DNA from: an uncultured Flavobacteriales bacterium
Lineage (GTDB): Bacteria; Bacteroidota; Bacteroidia; Palsa-965
Direction: 5' to 3'
Length of the DNA: 64,000 nt
NCBI GenBank assembly: GCA_903873905.1
Contig: CAIQQJ010000131.1
Coordinates: 96,490-160,489 of the forward strand
The notes beneath the pieces are model-generated. The model ran no database searches. It saw nothing but the letters and a program-made list of their open reading frames with translations, and had not been told where the DNA came from. The number at the start of each line of letters is the position of its first letter. The stretch's first letter is position 1. Both the position numbers and the translations under genes were made by a program. Below are positions 60,722 through 64,000 of this stretch, one piece after another.

Positions 60722-60755
60722 AAAATCTCCACATTGCTGTAGAGATTTTAATTTT
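60722..60755. terminator. bidirectional rho-independent terminator downstream of fumC (and of 60068..60553)
   Basis: aaaaaatctccacattgctgtagagattttaatttt. The minus strand gives the stem aaatctc/gagattt followed by tttttattt. Confidence 0.55.
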
Positions 60756-60868
60756 CAATTTCACAAAGAGAATTCTCAGAAACCCGGAATGTACAATGTC
60801 AAACAAACAATGTACAATGTTCAAGTAAAAAGTTTTCTCAATACCCAATACGCAATACTCAATACTCT

Positions 60869-62281
60869 TTATTTCAAAGATCCAACCATATCTTCTGGTC
60901 TCACCCAAAGATCAAATTGTTCAGCGGTTACATATCCTAATTCAATGGCTGCAGCTTTCAAGGTTTTTCCTTCCTTGTGTGCTTTCTTTGCAATCTCGGC
61001 ACATTTGTAATAACCGATGTGTGTGTTCAATGAAGTCACCAACATCAATGAATTTTCCATGTGCATTTTGATGATTGGAAGATTTGGTTTGATTCCATCT
61101 GAACAATGTTCTGTGAAAGAAACACAAGCATCACCGAGCAATCTTGCACTTTGCAAAACGTTTGCGGCAATGACCGGTTTGAAAACATTCAATTCAAAAT
61201 GTCCGTTCATTCCTCCAATGGAAACCGCAACATCGTTACCGATTACTTGCGCACAAACCATGGTCAATGCTTCAGGTTGAGTTGGATTCACTTTTCCTGG
61301 CATGATGGATGAACCTGGTTCGTTATCAGGAATAACGATTTCTCCAATACCAGAACGCGGACCAGAACTCAGCATGCGAATATCATTTGCCATTTTCATC
61401 AATGCAACTGCAGAACGTTTCAATGCGCCTGACAATTCCACCATCGCATCGTGTGCAGCGAGTGCTTCAAATTTATTTGGTGCTGTTACAAATGGGAAAT
61501 TTGTCAACTCAGCGATTTTTTTCGCAACCAATACATCGTAACCTTTCGGAGTATTCAATCCTGTTCCAACTGCAGTTCCACCAAGCGCCAGTTCGCGAAC
61601 CATTTCCAATGCATTTTTAATTGCACGAATTGAATTGGTGATTTGCTGAACGTATCCTGAAAATTCCTGTCCGAGTGTGAGTGGAGTCGCGTCCATGAAA
61701 TGTGTGCGACCTGTTTTTACGATGTTGGCAAATTCTTTTGCTTTTTTATCCAATGAATCGCGCAACCTTTCCATTCCTGGAAGTGTGCATTCGGAAACCA
61801 ATTTATAGGAAGCGATGTGCATCGCAGTTGGATACGTATCATTCGATGATTGTGATTTGTTCACATCATCATTCGGATTCAAAATCTTTTTCTCGTCAGT
61901 CAATTTTCCACCGCTGATGACATGCGCGCGATACGCAATCACCTCATTCGCATTCATATTGCTCTGTGTGCCCGATCCGGTTTGCCAAATCACCAATGGG
62001 AATTGATCATCCAATTTGTGCGCGAGAATTTCATCGCATACTTGTGCAATCATATCTCGTTTCGCTGCATCCAAAACACCAAGATCCGTATTCGCTTGTG
62101 CCGCCGCTTTTTTCAAATACGCGAAAGCATAAATGATTTCCTTTGGCATACTCGCTTCCGGTCCAATCTTGAAATTATTTCTCGATCGTTCGGTTTGCGC
62201 ACCCCAATATTTATCGGCAGGAACTTTTACCTCGCCCATGGTGTCTTTTTCAATTCGGAAATTGGATGTCAGTGTTGTCAT
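60869..62281 (-). CDS. fumC: fumarate hydratase class II
   Basis: 470 aa. It carries the [13 protein letters not shown] signature and [11 protein letters not shown]. Confidence 0.92.
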   Translation of the reverse strand: MTTLTSNFRIEKDTMGEVKVPADKYWGAQTERSRNNFKIGPEASMPKEIIYAFAYLKKAAAQANTDLGVLDAAKRDMIAQVCDEILAHKLDDQFPLVIWQTGSGTQSNMNANEVIAYRAHVISGGKLTDEKKILNPNDDVNKSQSSNDTYPTAMHIASYKLVSECTLPGMERLRDSLDKKAKEFANIVKTGRTHFMDATPLTLGQEFSGYVQQITNSIRAIKNALEMVRELALGGTAVGTGLNTPKGYDVLVAKKIAELTNFPFVTAPNKFEALAAHDAMVELSGALKRSAVALMKMANDIRMLSSGPRSGIGEIVIPDNEPGSSIMPGKVNPTQPEALTMVCAQVIGNDVAVSIGGMNGHFELNVFKPVIAANVLQSARLLGDACVSFTEHCSDGIKPNLPIIKMHMENSLMLVTSLNTHIGYYKCAEIAKKAHKEGKTLKAAAIELGYVTAEQFDLWVRPEDMVGSLK

Positions 62282-62290
62282 GATATTTTT

Positions 62291-62332
62291 TTTTGAAGTG
62301 ATGAAGTAATTAAGTGATTGGGTGATGAAGTG
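62291..62332. repeat. single inverted copy of the tcatcacccaat / attacttcatcac repeat (downstream flank of the four-helix-bundle gene)
   Basis: gaagtgatgaagtaattaagtgattgggtgatgaagtg is the reverse complement of the motif that is tandemly repeated at about 62870-62945. Confidence 0.6.
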
Positions 62333-62348
62333 TTTTACGAAAGTAAAA

Positions 62349-62756
62349 TTAGTGAATGTTATGAGGTTTAGAGGAAAATTTTGGAATAGAAAGCTTCACT
62401 TTTTTGATTAATCCGTTCAACATCGCAGCTATATGATTAAGATCATCTGTCAACTCCAAATGAGTTGTTTGGTTTAAATAATTCAATCGTAATGAAATAT
62501 CCAAAAGCGTATCGACCTCACTAAGAGATGCACGCGATATGTTTAGAAATCTTGCGTATTCCTTTGCACTCCCCCTTGCAGACCCTTCAGAAATATTTGC
62601 AGAAACAGAAACCGATGCTCGCCTCAATTGCAAAGTAAGGCCATAAATTTCATGACGGGGAAAACTGTCGGTGTGCAAATAAACTTTCTCAATAAAATCC
62701 ATTGATTTTTGCCAAACGATCAACCTCTTGTGAGGTCGAATACTTTTCAATTCCAT
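62349..62756 (-). CDS. four-helix-bundle protein (TIGR02436 / 23S rRNA-intervening-sequence protein family, Avd-like)
   Basis: Start at [26 protein letters not shown]...ISEGSARGS...[12 protein letters not shown]. This is the characteristic family sequence. Confidence 0.7.
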   Translation of the reverse strand: MELKSIRPHKRLIVWQKSMDFIEKVYLHTDSFPRHEIYGLTLQLRRASVSVSANISEGSARGSAKEYARFLNISRASLSEVDTLLDISLRLNYLNQTTHLELTDDLNHIAAMLNGLIKKVKLSIPKFSSKPHNIH

Positions 62757-62869
62757 AACAAAACACAATTAAAATAAATACAAAAAACAAATAAATTACA
62801 ATCAACAAAATCTCAAAAAATAATTACAAATATAAAAATTCATCATTTCATCGCCCCATCACTCTTTAT

Positions 62870-62945
62870 TTTCTCACCTCATTACCTCATCACCCAATTA
62901 CTTCATCACCTCATCACCCAATTACTTCATCACCCAATAACCTCA
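62870..62945. repeat. tandem array of cctcatcacccaattacttcatcac units (about 3 copies; upstream flank of the four-helix-bundle gene)
   Basis: ctcattacctcatcacccaattacttcatcacctcatcacccaattacttcatcacccaataacctcataac is directly visible. Confidence 0.7.
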
Positions 62946-62948
62946 TAA

Positions 62949-63344
62949 CTAAATCACCTCCAGAATCCTTTCAATCGGCCTTCCAATCACCGCCTTGCTC
63001 CCCTTGATCACAATCGGTCGCTCAATGAGAATTGGGTATTTCACCATCGCCTTAATCCATTTCTCCTCATCCATTTTCTTGTCGCGGAAATTTTCCTTGT
63101 AAACATCTTCTTTCTTGCGAATCAATTCTTCCGCAGAAATTCCAAGTTTTTTCAAAACGGATTTGATGTCTGCTTCCGTAACTTTCACTTCAGAATAAAG
63201 AAACACTTCAGGAACTATTTTTTTCTGTTCCAACAATTCCATCGCCTTGCGACTCATACTACAGGACTTCCGATGCCAGACTTCGATACGTTCCGCTGAA
63301 GGAGCGGAACTACTCAGTCTGACAATTTTGTTTTTTTTCGCCAT
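62949..63344 (-). CDS. ArsC/Spx/YffB-family thioredoxin-fold protein
   Basis: 131 aa. IEVWHRKSCSMSRKAMELLEQ (CxxS redox motif) and the C-terminal YPILIERPIVIKG. Confidence 0.7.
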   Translation of the reverse strand: MAKKNKIVRLSSSAPSAERIEVWHRKSCSMSRKAMELLEQKKIVPEVFLYSEVKVTEADIKSVLKKLGISAEELIRKKEDVYKENFRDKKMDEEKWIKAMVKYPILIERPIVIKGSKAVIGRPIERILEVI

Positions 63345-63451
63345 GATTTTTATTTTATCAATTCCAATTTGTCAGACTGAGTGTTTTTTGTCAACAGCAA
63401 TTTCTCTTACAATTCCAAAAATTTACTTTGACAAAAAATGTATCGAAGGCA

Positions 63452-64000
63452 CTATTTCAAATCCACATTCCAACTCGGACCATATTCCATCAAATATGAT
63501 TTTATGAATTCATCCAAATTTCCATCCAACACACCTGCCGCATCCGAGGTTTCATGATCAGTACGCAAATCTTTCACGAGTTTGTAAGGATGCAAAACAT
63601 AATTCCGAATTTGTGATCCCCACTCAATTTTTTTCATGCCTCCACGAATGGCCTGAACGGTTTCCATTTTCTTGCGCATCTCCACTTCATATAATTGCGA
63701 TTTCAACAAACGCAAGGCATTTTCACGATTTGTCATTTGTGATCGCGACTCCTGATTCTTGATGACGATGCCGGAAGGTTTGTGATACAAACGAACAGCA
63801 GTCTCCACCTTATTTACATTTTGTCCACCTGCTCCACCCGAACGGAACGTTTCCCATTCACATTCTGCAGGATTGATGTCAATTTCAATTGTGTCATCCA
63901 CCAATGGATAAACATAAACCGAAGCGAAAGAAGTGTGTCGTCGTGCGTTTGCATCGAAAGGAGAAATCCTTACCAAACGATGCACACCATTCTCACCTTT
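63452..64000 (-). CDS. prfB: peptide chain release factor 2, C-terminal about 180 aa (N-terminus beyond window end)
   Basis: SPF tripeptide (RISPFD), GGQ motif ([18 protein letters not shown]) and the RF2-type sequence around them. The ORF runs off the window at 64000. Confidence 0.85.
   Translation of the reverse strand, partial: KGENGVHRLVRISPFDANARRHTSFASVYVYPLVDDTIEIDINPAECEWETFRSGGAGGQNVNKVETAVRLYHKPSGIVIKNQESRSQMTNRENALRLLKSQLYEVEMRKKMETVQAIRGGMKKIEWGSQIRNYVLHPYKLVKDLRTDHETSDAAGVLDGNLDEFIKSYLMEYGPSWNVDLK

Noticed and set aside
1-64000. Search for tRNA/rRNA genes and for transposase or integrase ORFs
   Set aside because: I saw no T-loop-like GTTCRANYC or cloverleaf candidates in the intergenic regions. 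No ORF resembles a transposase or integrase. The mobile-like signals are limited to the small repeats.

Overview
This 64-kb window looks like an AT-rich chromosomal segment from a Bacteroidetes genome. It encodes five predicted type IX secretion system (T9SS) cargo proteins, SprB-like repeat adhesins and TonB-dependent receptors.

The outer parts hold housekeeping genes, almost all contiguous. From about 1 to 14 kb: fbp, aspartate kinase, mgtE, ksgA/rsmA, serS, rpmA, rplU and recX. From about 58 to 64 kb: nfu, mrp/apbC, fumC and a partial prfB.

The middle (about 25-56 kb) is accessory-like. It holds several T9SS cargo genes and a PhoR/PhoB-type two-component system. It also holds a small lipoprotein with a CxxCH motif, a TonB-dependent receptor and two OmpR-type response regulators.

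The most system-like unit lies between two paralogous multi-repeat adhesins in opposite orientation. It is a conspicuous lipid cassette: an LpxH-family pyrophosphatase, an MGDG-synthase/UgtP-like GT28 glycosyltransferase and a DgkB/YegS-type lipid kinase. This cassette is preceded by a single-domain receiver protein. It converges on an operon with a glyoxalase/VOC protein and a standalone PP2C/SpoIIE phosphatase. An orphan protein resembling SiaC/DUF1987 sits near 5 kb.

The non-coding DNA is unusual in four ways:
- A dispersed repeat of about 110 bp with a perfect 20-22-bp palindrome (cccaacagtactgttggg) occurs four times, as two inverted pairs that flank genes.
- Intergenic spacers carry 7-8-bp tandem repeats (ggaattt, gttggaaa, gatttggg). 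One array of 9 units lies 10 bp upstream of a lipoprotein start codon.
- A four-helix-bundle (TIGR02436-like) gene is flanked by inverted 'tcatcacccaat' repeats.
- Several long intergenic inverted repeats lie at translation starts.

Caveats:
- I saw no rRNA, tRNA or CRISPR, and no transposase or integrase genes. The only mobile-element-like signatures are the dispersed repeat family and the inverted-repeat-flanked four-helix-bundle gene.
- Protein start and stop coordinates come from the supplied ORF track. Non-coding coordinates were read by eye and are approximate, within about 10 bp.
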